This document shows, one piece after another, positions 41,937 to 53,406 of a DNA stretch of 64,000 bases. Within the stretch, counting starts at the first letter, position 1, and every line of letters begins with the position of its first letter. The notes under the pieces were generated by a model. That model had not been told where the DNA came from. It saw nothing but the letters and a program-made list of their open reading frames with translations, and made no database searches. The stretch is from an uncultured Bacillota bacterium. Lineage in GTDB: Bacteria; Bacillota; DTU025; MWDF01. Made by a program: the position numbers and the translations under genes. Where the stretch lies: positions 1 to 64,000 of the forward strand of contig CAWGMK010000010.1 in the NCBI GenBank assembly GCA_963823655.1. Direction: 5' to 3'.

Positions 41937-43160
41937 TTAGGCCGGGCTTGCCTTCGCCGGGCTCTTCTTGCCAGCCGCCGCGACCCTCGCCCGGCGGCGG
42001 TCATCCCAGAGGTGCCAGTCGAGGAAGAGCGGCACAGCCACGAAGACGGAGGAGTAGGTGCCCGTGATGACGCCGATGAGCAGCGCCAGGGTGAACGGCC
42101 GGATGGCCTCACCGCCGAAGACGAACAGCGCCAGGAGCGTCAGGACGAGCGTCAGGGAGGTGGTGATGGAGCGACCCAGCGTCTGCGTGATGCTGTGGTT
42201 CACGATCTGGTCCAGCGGGTCGCCCACGTACCGAGCGCGGTTCTCGCGGACCCGGTCGAAGACCACGATCGTGTCGTGCACGGAGAAGCCGATGACGGTC
42301 AGCATGGCCGTCACGAAGAGGGCGTCGATCTGGAGGCCGATGAGCGTGCCCAGGATGGCGAAGATGCCGACCGTGACGATGACGTCGTGGAGCAGCGCGA
42401 TGACCGCCGTGACGCCCATGCGCACGTCGCGGAAGCGGAAGCTGATCCAGGCCATGATGCCCAGCGAGGCGAAGATGATGAGCATGAAGGTCTGCTGGAT
42501 GAGCTCCGCGCTCACGACGGCACCGACCGAGTCCTGCTGACGAACCTCGTCGATGCGCCCGAACTCCTCCTGGAGCGCCGTTGCCAGGGCACCGAATTGG
42601 CCGGTGGTGGGCACGCCGCCTACCGGTCCGTCGGCGGCGTCGCCGGTCGCGGGGACGGCTGATGCGCCTGGCGCGGGGACTGGCGGGGCCGGAGACTGGT
42701 CGGGGGCCGGAGACTGGTCGGGGGCCGGGGACGCATCGGCCGCGAGTGAGGCAGCCGGCGCCGTCGCGGCCGCAGCGGTGGGCTCCACGGGGGCTGCGGA
42801 TGCGGCGGCGGGCGATGCCGATGCGACGGCGGCAGCAGCCGAGCCTTCCACCACCGTGGGCCCCTCCAGGGCCAGCGCCTCCGTCCGGATCAGCACGTAC
42901 TCACGCTCGTCTGACCCCGTGATGGCGACGTCAGAACCCGCCAGGCCCTGCTCCTCCAGGATGGCGCGAACCGCGTTGGGGTCCGGCGCACCGTCCTCGA
43001 AGTGGACCTCCCAGACCGTGCCGCCCGTGTAGGCGATGGAGAACTGCAGGCCCAGGCCGGCGTTGGGGATGAACGTGGAGAACATGAAGAGCAGGCAGAT
43101 GACCGTCAGGACGGCGCTGAAGATGTAGCCGTAGTGGCGCTTGCCGACCCAATCAAACAC
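41937..43160 (-). CDS. secF: Protein translocase subunit SecF with Ala/Pro-rich insertion
   Basis: YTGGT, LLHDVI, AMLTVIGFSVHDTIVVFDRVREN, QTLGRSITTS, GTYSS. Confidence 0.93.
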   Translation of the reverse strand: MFDWVGKRHYGYIFSAVLTVICLLFMFSTFIPNAGLGLQFSIAYTGGTVWEVHFEDGAPDPNAVRAILEEQGLAGSDVAITGSDEREYVLIRTEALALEGPTVVEGSAAAAVASASPAAASAAPVEPTAAAATAPAASLAADASPAPDQSPAPDQSPAPPVPAPGASAVPATGDAADGPVGGVPTTGQFGALATALQEEFGRIDEVRQQDSVGAVVSAELIQQTFMLIIFASLGIMAWISFRFRDVRMGVTAVIALLHDVIVTVGIFAILGTLIGLQIDALFVTAMLTVIGFSVHDTIVVFDRVRENRARYVGDPLDQIVNHSITQTLGRSITTSLTLVLTLLALFVFGGEAIRPFTLALLIGVITGTYSSVFVAVPLFLDWHLWDDRRRARVAAAGKKSPAKASPA

Positions 43161-44502
43161 GGCCGGGCACCTCCTCGCGGTGGCTCCGCGCATCGGCGGA
43201 GAGACCCGTGTCTGCGATGCCGAAGAGGTGCGCCTGGCGGGCACGCGGCTGCTGCACCACCCAGCGCAGCATCATGCGACTGAGGGTGATGGCCGTGAAC
43301 ATCGAGGTCAGCACGCCGATGATGAGCACGAGCGCGAAGCCTCGCACGACCGACGTCCCGAAGTAGTAGAGGATGAAGGCCGTGATGAGCGTCGAGACGT
43401 TGGAGTCGAGGATGGAGTTCCAAGCCCGGCTGAAGCCGGCCTCGATGGCTGCCGTCAGGTTCTTGCCCGCCCGCAGCTCCTCCTTGGTGCGCTCGAAGAT
43501 GAGGATGTTGGCGTCCACCGCCATGCCCACCGAGAGGATGAAGGCGGCGATGCCGGCCAGCGTCAGCGTCACCCCCAGGAGCCGGAAGAGCGCGTACACG
43601 AAGATCGTGTAGAAGACCAGGGCGACGCAGGCGACCGCGCCGGGGACGCGGTAGTAGATGAGCATGAAGGCGAAGACCAGGGCGATGCCGATGACGCCCG
43701 CCAGCAGCGTCTGCTTCAGGAAGTCGAGGCCGAGCGTGGCCGAGATGCTGCTGAAGCCGACCTCGCGGATCTCGAGCGGCAGCGAGCCGAACTTGAGGAC
43801 CGTGACCAGCGACCGGGCCTCTTCCACCGGGAAGCCGCCCTGGCCCCCGGAGATCTGGGCCCGGCCGCCGAAGCGCGTCGCCTGGATGGTCGGCGCCGAC
43901 ATGACCTGGTCGTCGAGGACGATGGCGAACTGCTCGCCGTAGTGCTGCTCGGCATAGTCGTCGAACAGCCGCGCGCCGGTCTCCTTGAGCTGCAGGTCGA
44001 CCACGATCTCCCGCGTCGTGGGATCCTGGGCGATGGCGGCGCTGGCGATCTCGACGCCCGTGAAGAGCGGCTCGACGTCCAGCATGGCCTCCGGCAGCGG
44101 GCCCTCCGTGACCGTGCCCTGCAGGGCGGCCGGCACGGGCATGAACTCGAGCACGCCGGTGGTGCCGATGAGCTTGCGGATCTCGCCCTCGTCCTCGACG
44201 CCCGGCAGCTCGACCGAGATGCGGTCGGCACCCTGGGTCACGACGATGGGCTCCGCGACGCCTGTCGCGTTGACGCGGCTCTCGATGATCTCGCGCGTCT
44301 GCTCCAGGATGTCACCGGTCACGGCCTGATCGTCCGTGGCGACGACCTGGTACTCGCCGCGCAGGCCGCCGATCAGGTCGAGGCCCAGGCGGGTCTCGAG
44401 CGACTCGCCCTCACCCCCGCCGGGACGCGGGAGGGGGAAGATGGCCACCAGGAGGGCGACCACGAATACGGTCAGCACGATGATGGGAAGCGCGCGTTGC
44501 AT
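43153..44502 (-). CDS. secD: Protein translocase subunit SecD
   Basis: LGLDLIGG, ISVELPG, AIVLDD, GSLPL, GMAVDANILIFER.KEEL. Confidence 0.95.
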   Translation of the reverse strand: MQRALPIIVLTVFVVALLVAIFPLPRPGGGEGESLETRLGLDLIGGLRGEYQVVATDDQAVTGDILEQTREIIESRVNATGVAEPIVVTQGADRISVELPGVEDEGEIRKLIGTTGVLEFMPVPAALQGTVTEGPLPEAMLDVEPLFTGVEIASAAIAQDPTTREIVVDLQLKETGARLFDDYAEQHYGEQFAIVLDDQVMSAPTIQATRFGGRAQISGGQGGFPVEEARSLVTVLKFGSLPLEIREVGFSSISATLGLDFLKQTLLAGVIGIALVFAFMLIYYRVPGAVACVALVFYTIFVYALFRLLGVTLTLAGIAAFILSVGMAVDANILIFERTKEELRAGKNLTAAIEAGFSRAWNSILDSNVSTLITAFILYYFGTSVVRGFALVLIIGVLTSMFTAITLSRMMLRWVVQQPRARQAHLFGIADTGLSADARSHREEVPGRV

Positions 44503-44599
44503 CGGACGGGACGTTACCAGAGAGAGGCCCGCCGCGTTGGGCGCCGGGCCCGGCCGGGGTGGCGCGGGCCTGGCACGGTCGCCTCCAGGCGAAGCACCC

Positions 44600-46450
44600 T
44601 CAGCCGTCGAGGTGGGCCCGGATGCGCTCCGCCGTGGCCCGGCCGATGCCCGGCACGGCGGCGATCTCGTCCACGCGTCGCGCCCTTCAGGGCGCGGCTC
44701 GACCCGAAGACGCGCAGCAGGGCCCGCTTGCGAGCCGGGCCGACGCCAGCCAGGTCGTCCAGTGCGGAACGTGTGGCGGCCTTGGCACGCACCTGGCGGT
44801 GGTAGGTGATGGCGAAGCGATGCGCCTCGTCGCGCAGCCGCTGTAGCAGGTACAGGGCGCCGGAGCTGGCCGGCAGGACGATGGGCTCGCGCTGTCCAGG
44901 CAGGAAGAGCTCCTCGCGCTCCTTGGCCAGGCCGGCCAGGGGCAGGTCGTGCAGACCGAGCTCGTCGAGGACCTCCCGGGCAGCGCTGACCTGGCCCTTG
45001 CCGCCGTCGATGATGACCAGGTCCGGCAGGCGCCAGCGCAGCTGCTCGGCCGCTCCCTCCTCAGGGGCCAGGGCGCGCCGGAAGCGGCGGCGCAGGACCT
45101 CCTGGTGGCTGGCGAAGTCGTTCTGACCCACGACCTCGCGGATGCGGAAGCGGCGGTACTCACCCGTGCGCGGCTGGCCCTCCTCGAAGACGACCATGCT
45201 GCCCACCGTCGAGGTCCCCTGGATGGTGCTGATGTCGTAGCACTCGATGCGTTCCGGGGGCGCGGCAAGGGCCAGGGCCTCGGCCAGCTCGGCCAGGGCC
45301 CGATCGGTCTTGCCCTGGTCGGCCAGCCAGCGCACCTGCTCGCGGGCCAGGACCTCGGCTGCGTTGCGGGCGGCCAGCTCCATCAGCTGCCGACCCTCAC
45401 CGCGCTGCGGCCGCAGCAGCTCCACCTTGCGGCCCGCGCGGCTGGCCAGGAAGACCTCCAGCTCGCCGGCCTCGGCCAGGTGGAACGGCACCAGCACGCG
45501 CGGCGGGCACGGAGCCGGCGCGGGCGTAGTACTGCTTGACGAAGGCCGCCAGTGCCTCCTCGTCCGTGGCGTCGGCGAGGTTCTCGAGCAGGAAGATGTC
45601 CCGGTTGGTGGTCTTGCCGTCACGGATGGCGAAGAGCTGGACGGCGGCCTCGTTGCCCGACCGCGCGTAGCCCAGTACGTCCAGGACACGCTTGGCGAAG
45701 CCGGCCATCTTCTGGCTCTCCATGGTCCGCTCGATGGCGCGCACCTTGTCGCGCAGGGCGGCCGCACGCTCGAACTCGAGCGCCTCCGAGGCGGCCTCCA
45801 TGTCAGCCCGGAGCGAGCGTGAGACCTGCTCCTGGCGGCCCTCGAGGAAGAGCATGACCTGCTCGATGTCGCGCCGATAGGCGGACCGCTCGATGGCCTC
45901 GACGCAGGGGCCCTGGCAGCGCTTGATGTGGTAGAGCAGGCAGGGCCGCTCGAGGGCGCGCTCCCCTTCCCTGATCTCGATGGTGCAGGTGCGGAAGGGG
46001 AAGATGCGCCGGATGAGGTTCATCGACTCGTCGACGCTGCTGGCCGAGGCGTAGGGGCCGAAGTAGCGGCTGCCGTCGTCGGGCAGCTTGCGGGTGCGCT
46101 CGATGCGCGGGAAGTCGTCGGCCAGCGTGACCTTGATGTAGGGGTAGGACTTGTCGTCCTTGAGGCGCACGTTGAAGCGCGGCTGGTAGCGCTTGATGAG
46201 CGTTGGCCTCCAGCAGGAGCGCCTCGCTGACGGTGTCCGTGAGCGTCGTCTCGACGTCCGCCACCTGGTCGATGGCCGATTCGATGCGCAAGGGGGCGGC
46301 CGAGCGGCCGGCCTGCCAGTACTGGCGCACCCGGTTGCGCAGGCTCTGGGCCTTGCCCACGTAGAGGACGCGGCCGGCGGCGTCCTTGAGCAGGTAGACG
46401 CCGGGCTTGTCGGGCAGGTGCTTGAGGGTCGCCGCGAGCCGTGGGGTCAC
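44600..46450 (-). CDS. uvrC: Excinuclease ABC subunit C; frameshifted
   Basis: LPDKPGVY, YVGKA.SLRNRV, LKDDKSYPY, IECYDIS, IDGGKGQ, RDEAHRFAI. Confidence 0.95.
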
Positions 46451-46514
46451 CCGGGGATGCTAGCGCGGGCGCGCGATGGGCCGTGGTCACGCGACGAGCC
46501 GCGGACGCGAGCCT

Positions 46515-46545
46515 AGCCGTAAGAGAGCCGTAAGAGAGCCGTCAG
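46515..46545. repeat. Three 11-bp phased direct repeats between divergent uvrC and helicase genes
   Basis: AGCCGTAAGAG AGCCGTAAGAG AGCCGTCAG. Confidence 0.75.
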
Positions 46546-46568
46546 GGACGATCCTCATCATCGCGCCC

Positions 46569-48198
46569 ATGCCTGGAGCGAGCGTCGAGCCTGGCGGATC
46601 TGCCGGCACCCGTGCGTGCGCGGCTGGCACGCCTGGCACCGGACCAGCGCGCCGCGGCCATCGCGGACCGGGGACCCGTCCTGTGCGTGGCTCCCGCGGG
46701 ATCCGGCAAGACGACGACCCTCGTGGCGCGCATCGCCTGGCGAGTCGCCTGCGGCGCCGACCCGGCAACCATCTGCGCCCTGACGTTCAACCGTCGCGCC
46801 GCGCAGGAGCTCCAGGAGCGGGCCGACGCGGCCCTCGGTGAGCTGGGCCAGGCTCCTGGCAGCGTGCGCGTCCGCACCTTCCATGCGCTGGGGCGGGCCA
46901 TCCTCGCGGATGCCGGGGTGGATGTCACTCGCACTCGTCGAGCGCCGCGAGCTGCTGGCGGAGCTGGCCGGCGGACCGCTGCCGGCCGAGGCGCTGCGCT
47001 GGCTGGACGACGCCTTCACCCGCCTCAAGCTGGACCCGGAGCGAGGTCCGCCGGCGGAGGACGCGGCCACCCATGACGCCTTCGCGGAGTACCAGGCCGG
47101 GCTGGCCGCGCGTGGTGCCCTCGACCTCGACGACCTCGTGGCTCGGGCGCTCCCGGCGCTGGTCGATGACACGGCACTCCTGCGGACGCTGGCGCGGCCG
47201 TGCCTCCGTGCTCTTCGTGGATGAGGCCCAGGACCTCGACCGGACACAGCTGGACCTCGCAGTGCTGCTGGCCGGCGAGCGAGCGTGACATCTTCCTCGT
47301 GGGAGACGACGACCAGACCATCTACGCCTGGCGACTGGCAGATGTGCGGAGGGTCCTGGGCCTCGCCGCACGGCTGCCCGGCCTGCGCCGCGTGGACCTC
47401 GAGACCAACCACCGCTGCGCCCCGGAGGTCGTGCGCCGGGCGGCCCGGCTCGTGGCCCACAACCAAGAACGCTTCGACAAGGTCATCCGCTGGTCGCCAG
47501 CCGCACGAGGGCGCGGTCGTGCTCCTTCCGGACAGCGGCGACGAGGTCGCGCGGGCACGCTTCCTGCTGACCTCCTGGGCGAAGGACGGCTGCGACGACG
47601 GGCCGTGCACCCGGGCCATCCTGGCGCGGACGAACGCCGAGCTCGTGCCCTTCGCGGCAGTGGCCCTTGAGCTCGGGCTGCCCTGCCGAGTGGACGATGA
47701 TGGCCTGCTCCTCGATACACCGGGCCTGGGTCGAGGCCATCGACCGCGGCCGCCGACCGGGCCGCCAGCGGAGCGGCGCCGCTGCTGGCCGTCGCGGCGG
47801 CGGTACAGGAGGCGGGGCTCGACGCTCCGGTCGCAGCGGCCCTGCTCTCGTGGGCTGCCCCCTACCGCGGACCTGGGCGCGCTGCGGCGGGACCTCGAGG
47901 ACCGCCTGGCGCAGCGGACGCGCCTGGCCGGGCTGGAGGGCGCGCTCACCCTGGCCACCTTCCACGGCACCAAGGGCCTCGAGTGGGACCACGTCGCCTG
48001 CATCGGTCACGACGAGGGCATCTTCCCGGCCGCGCGGGCCCTGCGGGAGGCGCCGAGCCGCGGCGCGTCCTGGAGGAGGAGCGGCGGCTGGCCTACGTGG
48101 CCTGGACGCGAGCCCGTCGGACGTTGACCATCGTGTACGACCCGGGCGCGCCCTCGCGCTTCCTGCGCGAGGCCTTCGACGGTGCGGAGCTCGCCTGA
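46569..48198 (+). CDS. Compact UvrD/REP-family SF1 helicase; frameshifted
   Basis: APAGSGKT, ALTFNRRAA, RTFHALG, VDEAQD, VGDDDQTIYAWR, LETNHR, ILARTN, TFHGTKGLEW, EEERRLAYVAWTRAR. Confidence 0.88.
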
Positions 48199-48209
48199 CC
48201 GGTGGCGCG

Positions 48210-48646
48210 CTAGCGAACCTTGCGCAGGTCCACCGAGTAGTCGACCGACGCGCGCAGCTGGATGAGGCCCGCCGCCCAGATCTCGATGGCGCGGGCGAAC
48301 TCGTCGAGAACGGCGTCGTTGGCGATGTCGTAGGGGCCGTCGGTGAGCGTGACCAGCGAGCCCCAGCCCTTGGGGTGGATGCTCGACCGACGACCTCCGT
48401 CGCCAGGCCCAGGCCGCTCGGGTGGAGCCAGCGGAAGCGGAAGGTGCTGCTCGGCTGAGCCGCCAGGACGTCGATCTCGATCTGCTGGCGCGGGAAGACG
48501 AGCACGCTGCGGGCGCCGGGCAGCAGCGAGCCCTGCACCTGGTAGCAGAGCCACTGCGTCATCGTGTCCGGGTCGGACCACATCCGGTAGACACGCTCGG
48601 GCGGAGCGTCCGTGATGCGCTCCAGTCGGACCATCCGTGTGCTCAC
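48210..48646 (-). CDS. SRPBCC/AHSA1-domain protein; frameshifted
   Basis: LERITDAPPERVYRMWSDP..MTQW pattern, C-terminal W...L..L helix. Confidence 0.75.
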
Positions 48647-49206
48647 AGCCCCAGCTCCTCTCCGACGGTCCGAAGACCGGCGATGACGTTCCCGATGTGG
48701 TCCTCGAGCGGCAGGCTGAGCTCATCGGCACCCTTGACGAGCTGGTCGCGGGGCACCTGCCGGGCGAAGCCCTTGTCCTTCATCTTCTTGCGCACCGCCT
48801 CCACGTCGACCTCGTCCAGGCTGCGGTTCGGGCGCACCAGCGCGACGGCGACGACGAAGCCGCTCATCTCGTCGCAAGCGTAGACGGTATGGGCCAGGTC
48901 GCTCGTGCGTGGCTGGCCGGTGTGATCGCCGTGACCCAGGACGGCGTCCACCACGCCTCGGGATAGCCCAGGCGGCGCAGCTCCTCCGCACCCTGCAGCG
49001 GGTGCGTCTCCGGGTACCGCTCGTAGTCGAAGTCGTGGAGAAGGCCGGCCATGCGCCAGCGCTCCAGGTCCGCGCCGGCCAGCACCGAAGTGGTGCTCCG
49101 CATACCAGCCCACGGCCGCCTCCACGGCCAGCCCGTGGCGGCGCAGGCTCTCGCTGCTGGTCCACTCGCAGAGCAGGTCCCAGGCGTCATCGCGGGTGGG
49201 TGACAT
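48643..49206 (-). CDS. HD (HDIG) domain protein; frameshifted
   Basis: SLRRHGLAVE, GLLHDFDYE, ACDEMSGF, KKMKDKGFAR. Confidence 0.85.
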   Translation of the reverse strand: MSPTRDDAWDLLCEWTSSESLRRHGLAVEAAVGWYAEHHFGAGRRGPGALAHGRPSPRLRLRAVPGDAPAAGCGGAAPPGLSRGVVDAVLGHGDHTGQPRTSDLAHTVYACDEMSGFVVAVALVRPNRSLDEVDVEAVRKKMKDKGFARQVPRDQLVKGADELSLPLEDHIGNVIAGLRTVGEELGL

Positions 49207-49353
49207 CGTCGGCCTCCTTGGTCGAGGATCACGGCACCGGGCTCGGAAACCGTGGCTCTCCACAGGCTACCCGAAGCGGGATCGCCCCGCGGTCGGCACG
49301 GCCCAGGGTGCCCGGGCCGGGCCGGGCGAGGCCGGGCGGGGCCGGCCGGAGCG

Positions 49354-50052
49354 TCAGTGCGGCTCGTCCACGACCGCCGGCTCGGCGCCCTCGGCGACGG
49401 CCGGTTGGGCGCCCCGCCGACCCCGGCTGCGGATGCGGGCCGACACCTCCTCGCGGTTGTGGCGGAGGAGGTGGATGAACGTCGGCAGGAGGCTCAGCAG
49501 GACCACGACGGCCAGGATGATCAGGAGCCACTGGTCGAGCGCGTCTCCCATGGCCGATCCGAGCGCGTACCCGGCCAGGGGCAGGAGCACGGCCCACAGG
49601 AAGGCGCCGGTGAAGTTGAAGACGGCGAAGCGCCGATAGCGCATCTGGGCCGCGCCCGCCACGATCGGCGCGAACGTGCGCACGAAGGGCATGAAGCGCG
49701 CCACCACGATGGTCTTGCCGCCATGGCGTTCATAGAACTGCTCGGCCGCGAGCAGGTGGCTGCGCCGGAAGAACCGTGATTCCGGTCGCTCGTACAGACG
49801 CCTCCCGAAGCGGTGTCCGAAGGCATAACCGACGGCATCGCCAGTGACGGCCGCGAAGAAGCAGACGGCGATGACGAGCTCGATGGGGAAGGCATCGGGA
49901 CGCGCCGCGGCCAGGACGCCGGCCGTGATGAGGAGGCTGTCACCGGGCAGGAAGAAGCCGAAGAAGAGGCCCGACTCGGCGAAGATGATGGACGCCAGCC
50001 CGAGCACGCCGATGGTCAGCAGGAGCTGCTCGAGATCGACCCCGGGGAGCAT
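49354..50052 (-). CDS. DedA/VTT family membrane protein
   Basis: FAESGLFFGFFLPGDSLL, FYERHGGKTIVVARFMPFVRTFAP. Confidence 0.93.
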   Translation of the reverse strand: MLPGVDLEQLLLTIGVLGLASIIFAESGLFFGFFLPGDSLLITAGVLAAARPDAFPIELVIAVCFFAAVTGDAVGYAFGHRFGRRLYERPESRFFRRSHLLAAEQFYERHGGKTIVVARFMPFVRTFAPIVAGAAQMRYRRFAVFNFTGAFLWAVLLPLAGYALGSAMGDALDQWLLIILAVVVLLSLLPTFIHLLRHNREEVSARIRSRGRRGAQPAVAEGAEPAVVDEPH

Positions 50053-50234
50053 CAGCGCACGGTCCGCTCAGGAAACCGCGGTGGCAAGAGACGACGACAT
50101 GCCGTGCAGTCTAGGCCAAGCCCCTCGCGACCATGTCAGCGTGGTGATAGCGCAGTTCCCCACTGGCCGCATGGCATGGCCAGGCGCGACCACCGATGGC
50201 AGCCGCGGTCCGGCGTCCAGGACGCTGCCCTCGC

Positions 50235-53200
50235 TCAGGATGCCGCCGCGACGCGCCGACCACGGGTCCGGGTGGACCGAGCCACGCGCGGCTCGTCTTG
50301 GGCCGACTGGCGCCGCCTGGGCGGCTGGGCCGCCTGGGCCGGCTGGGCGGCCGGCCCGGGCGCGGGTCCCGGTCGCGCTCCCCGGAAGGTGACTCCCGAG
50401 AGGGGCACGACGGGCTCACCGCGCAGGACGCGGGCCAGGTACTCGCCGGTCGCCGAGCCGGGCGCGGCCGCGATCTCCTCCGGCGTGCCCTCGGCCACGA
50501 TGCGGCCGCCGCGCGCGCCGCCCTCCGGTCCCAGGTCGATGATCCAGTCGGCCGTCTTGATGACGTCCAGGTTGTGCTCGATGACGATGACCGTGTTGCC
50601 GGTGTCCACGAGCCGATGGAGCACCTGGAGGAGCTTCTCCACGTCCGCGAAGTGGAGGCCGGTGGTGGGCTCGTCGAGGATGTAGACGGTGCGCCCGGTG
50701 GCGCGCCGCGACAGCTCCGTGGCCAGCTTGACGCGCTGCGCCTCACCGCCGGAGAGGGTGGTGGCCGGCTGCCCCAGGCGGATGTAGCCGAGCCCCACGT
50801 CCACGAGCGTCTGGAGCTTGTTGCGGATGGCCGGCACGGCGTGGAAGACCTCCAGCGCCTCCTCCGCGGTCATCGCCAGGACGTCCGCGATGGAGTGGCC
50901 GCGGTAGTGGATCTCCAGCGCCTCGCGGTTGTAGCGCTGCGCCGTGACAGACCTCGCAGGGCACGTAGACGTCCGGCAGGAACTGCATCTCGATCTTCAG
51001 GATGCCGTCGCCCTTGCAGTTCTCGCAGCGGCCGCCCTTCACGTTGAAGCTGAAGCGGCCGGGGCCGTAGCCCCGCACGCGCGACTCCGGCACGCCCGCG
51101 AAGAGCTCGCGGATGGGGCCGAAGAGGCCCGTGTAGGTGGCCGGGTTGGAGCGTGGCGTGCGGCCGATGGGGCTCTGGTCGATGTCGATGACCTTGTCGA
51201 TGGCCTCCGTGCCCTCGAGGGCATCGTGGGCACCCGGCTCCGACGCGCGCGCCGCTGACGCTGCGGGCCAGGGCCCGGTAGAGGACGTCCGTGACGAGCG
51301 TGGACTTGCCCGAGCCCGAGACGCCGGTGACGGCGGTGAAGGTGCCCAGCGGGAAGCGCACGTCGAGGTCCTTGAGGTTGTGCTCCCGAGCGCCGCGCAC
51401 GATGAGGGCCTTGCCGTTGCCGGGGCGCCGCTCGTCCGGCACGGGCACCGTGCGCTCGCCGCGCAGGAAGGCGCCGGTGACCGAGCGCGGCTCCGCGAGG
51501 ATGACCTCGAGGGGGCCGCTGGCGATGACCTCTCCGCCGTGCTCGCCGGCCGCCGGCCCGATGTCCACGACCCAGTCGGCCACCCGGATGGTCTCCTCGT
51601 CGTGCTCCACCACGATGAGCGTGTTGCCGATGTCCCGCAGCCGGATGAGCGTGGCGATGAGCTTGGCGTTGTCCTTCTGGTGCAGGCCGATGGTGGGCTC
51701 GTCGAGGATGTAGAGGACGCCCACCAGGCTGGAGCCGATCTGGGTGGCCAGCCGGATGCGCTGCGCCTCGCCGCCGGAGAGCGTGGCGCTGGTGCGGTCG
51801 ATGGTCAGGTAGTCGAGGCCGACGTCCGCGAGGAAGCCGAGCCGCTCGCCGATCTCCTTGGTGACCAGCCGCGCGATGGTCAGCTCGCGCTCGTTCAGCG
51901 TGTCCGGCGAGGGCGCGCCACCCAGGCCAGCGCCTCGCTCACCGACATGGCCGCGACGTCCGCGATGTGCCGCTCGCCGATGGTCACGCCCAGCGCCTCC
52001 GGCTTGAGCCGCCGCCCGCGCAGGTGGGGCAGGGTCGCTCGACCATGTACTTCTCGAGCTCGGTGCGGATGTACTCCGACTCCGTCTCGCGGTAGCGCCG
52101 CTCGAGGTTGGTGACGATGCCCTCGAAGGTGGCCAGGTAGGAGTTCTCGCCGCGCTCGTGCCGGTAGCGCACCTCGACGCGCTCGCTGCGCTTGGCGAAG
52201 AGCAGGTAGTCGAGCGCCTCCGTGCGGCAGGTCCTCGATGGCGGCGCGGTAGTCCCAGCCGTGGGCGTCCATGATCGGCCTTCGTCGTCTTGAGCCGCCA
52301 GGAGAGCTCCGTGGGCACCGTGCGCCAGGGCGCCATGGCGCCATCCGGGATGGACCGGGAGCGGTCCGGGATGATGCGCTCGACGGAGAACTCCAGGCGG
52401 ATGCCCAGGCCGGTGCAGTCCGGGCAGGCGCCGTGGGGCGAGTTGAAGGAGAAGGAGCGCGGCTCCAGCTCGTCGATGGTCGTGCCGTCGTAGGCGCAGC
52501 TGTAGCTTCTCGCTGTAGCGCTGCTCCTCGAAGGCGCCGGCGTCCGCGGGCGCCACGAGCATGACGCCCTCGCCCAGGCGCAGGGCCGTCTCCACCGAGT
52601 CGGCCAGGCGCGCCGCGTCCGGATCGGGATTGGTCAGCGTCGAAGGGGCGGCCGTCAGCGTCCGCGTGGCGGACGATGAGCCGGTCGACCACGACCTCGA
52701 TGCTGTGGCGCTTGTACTTGTCGAGCGCGGGCGCCTCATCCAGGTCCATGAGCTCGCCGTCCACCCGGACGCGCACGAAGCCCTGGCGCCGGGCGGCGGC
52801 GAAGACGCGCTCACCCTCCGTCTTGCGGTCCTTGATGAGCGGGCCGAGGACCAGGATGCGGGAGCCGTCCGGCAGGGCCCGGATGCGGTCGACGATCTGC
52901 TGCACGCTCATGCGCGCGATCTCACGGCCGCAGCTGCGGGCAGTGCGGGATGGCCGACGCGCGCGAAGAGCAGGCGCAGGTGGTCGTAGATCTCCGTCAC
53001 CGTGCCCACCGTGGAGCGCGGGTTGCGGCTGGCGCCCTTCTGGTCGATGGAGATGGCCGGCGAGAGCCCCTCGATGTGGTCGACGTCCGGCTTCTCCATC
53101 TGGCCCAGGAACTGGCGGGCGTAGGCGGAGAGCGACTCCACGTAGCGGCGCTGGCCCTCCGCGTAGATGGTGTCGAAGGCAAGGCTGGACTTGCCGCTGC

Positions 53201-53306
53201 CGGAGAGGCCGGTGATGACGATCAGCCGGTCACGCGGCAGCTCCACGGTGATGTTCTTGAGGTTGTGCTCGCGCGCGCCGCGAACGATGAGCAGATCCTG
53301 GGGCAC
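50235..53306 (-). CDS. uvrA: Excinuclease ABC subunit A; frameshifted
   Basis: [24 protein letters not shown], two LSGGEAQR signatures, [10 protein letters not shown], Zn fingers. Confidence 0.96.
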
Positions 53307-53337
53307 CCTCCCAGTGTACCGCAGGCGGGGGCATTTG

Positions 53338-53349
53338 GAACGCGCGTTC
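53338..53349. promoter_or_regulatory. LexA SOS box upstream of uvrA
   Basis: GAACGCGCGTTC = GAAC-N4-GTTC in the -35 region of the TACACT -10 promoter. Confidence 0.85.
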
Positions 53350-53406
53350 GAAGTGCGTGTCATCGGCCGAGCCGTCCTGGTACGGCTCCCGCTGCGCGGG
53401 TGCCGC

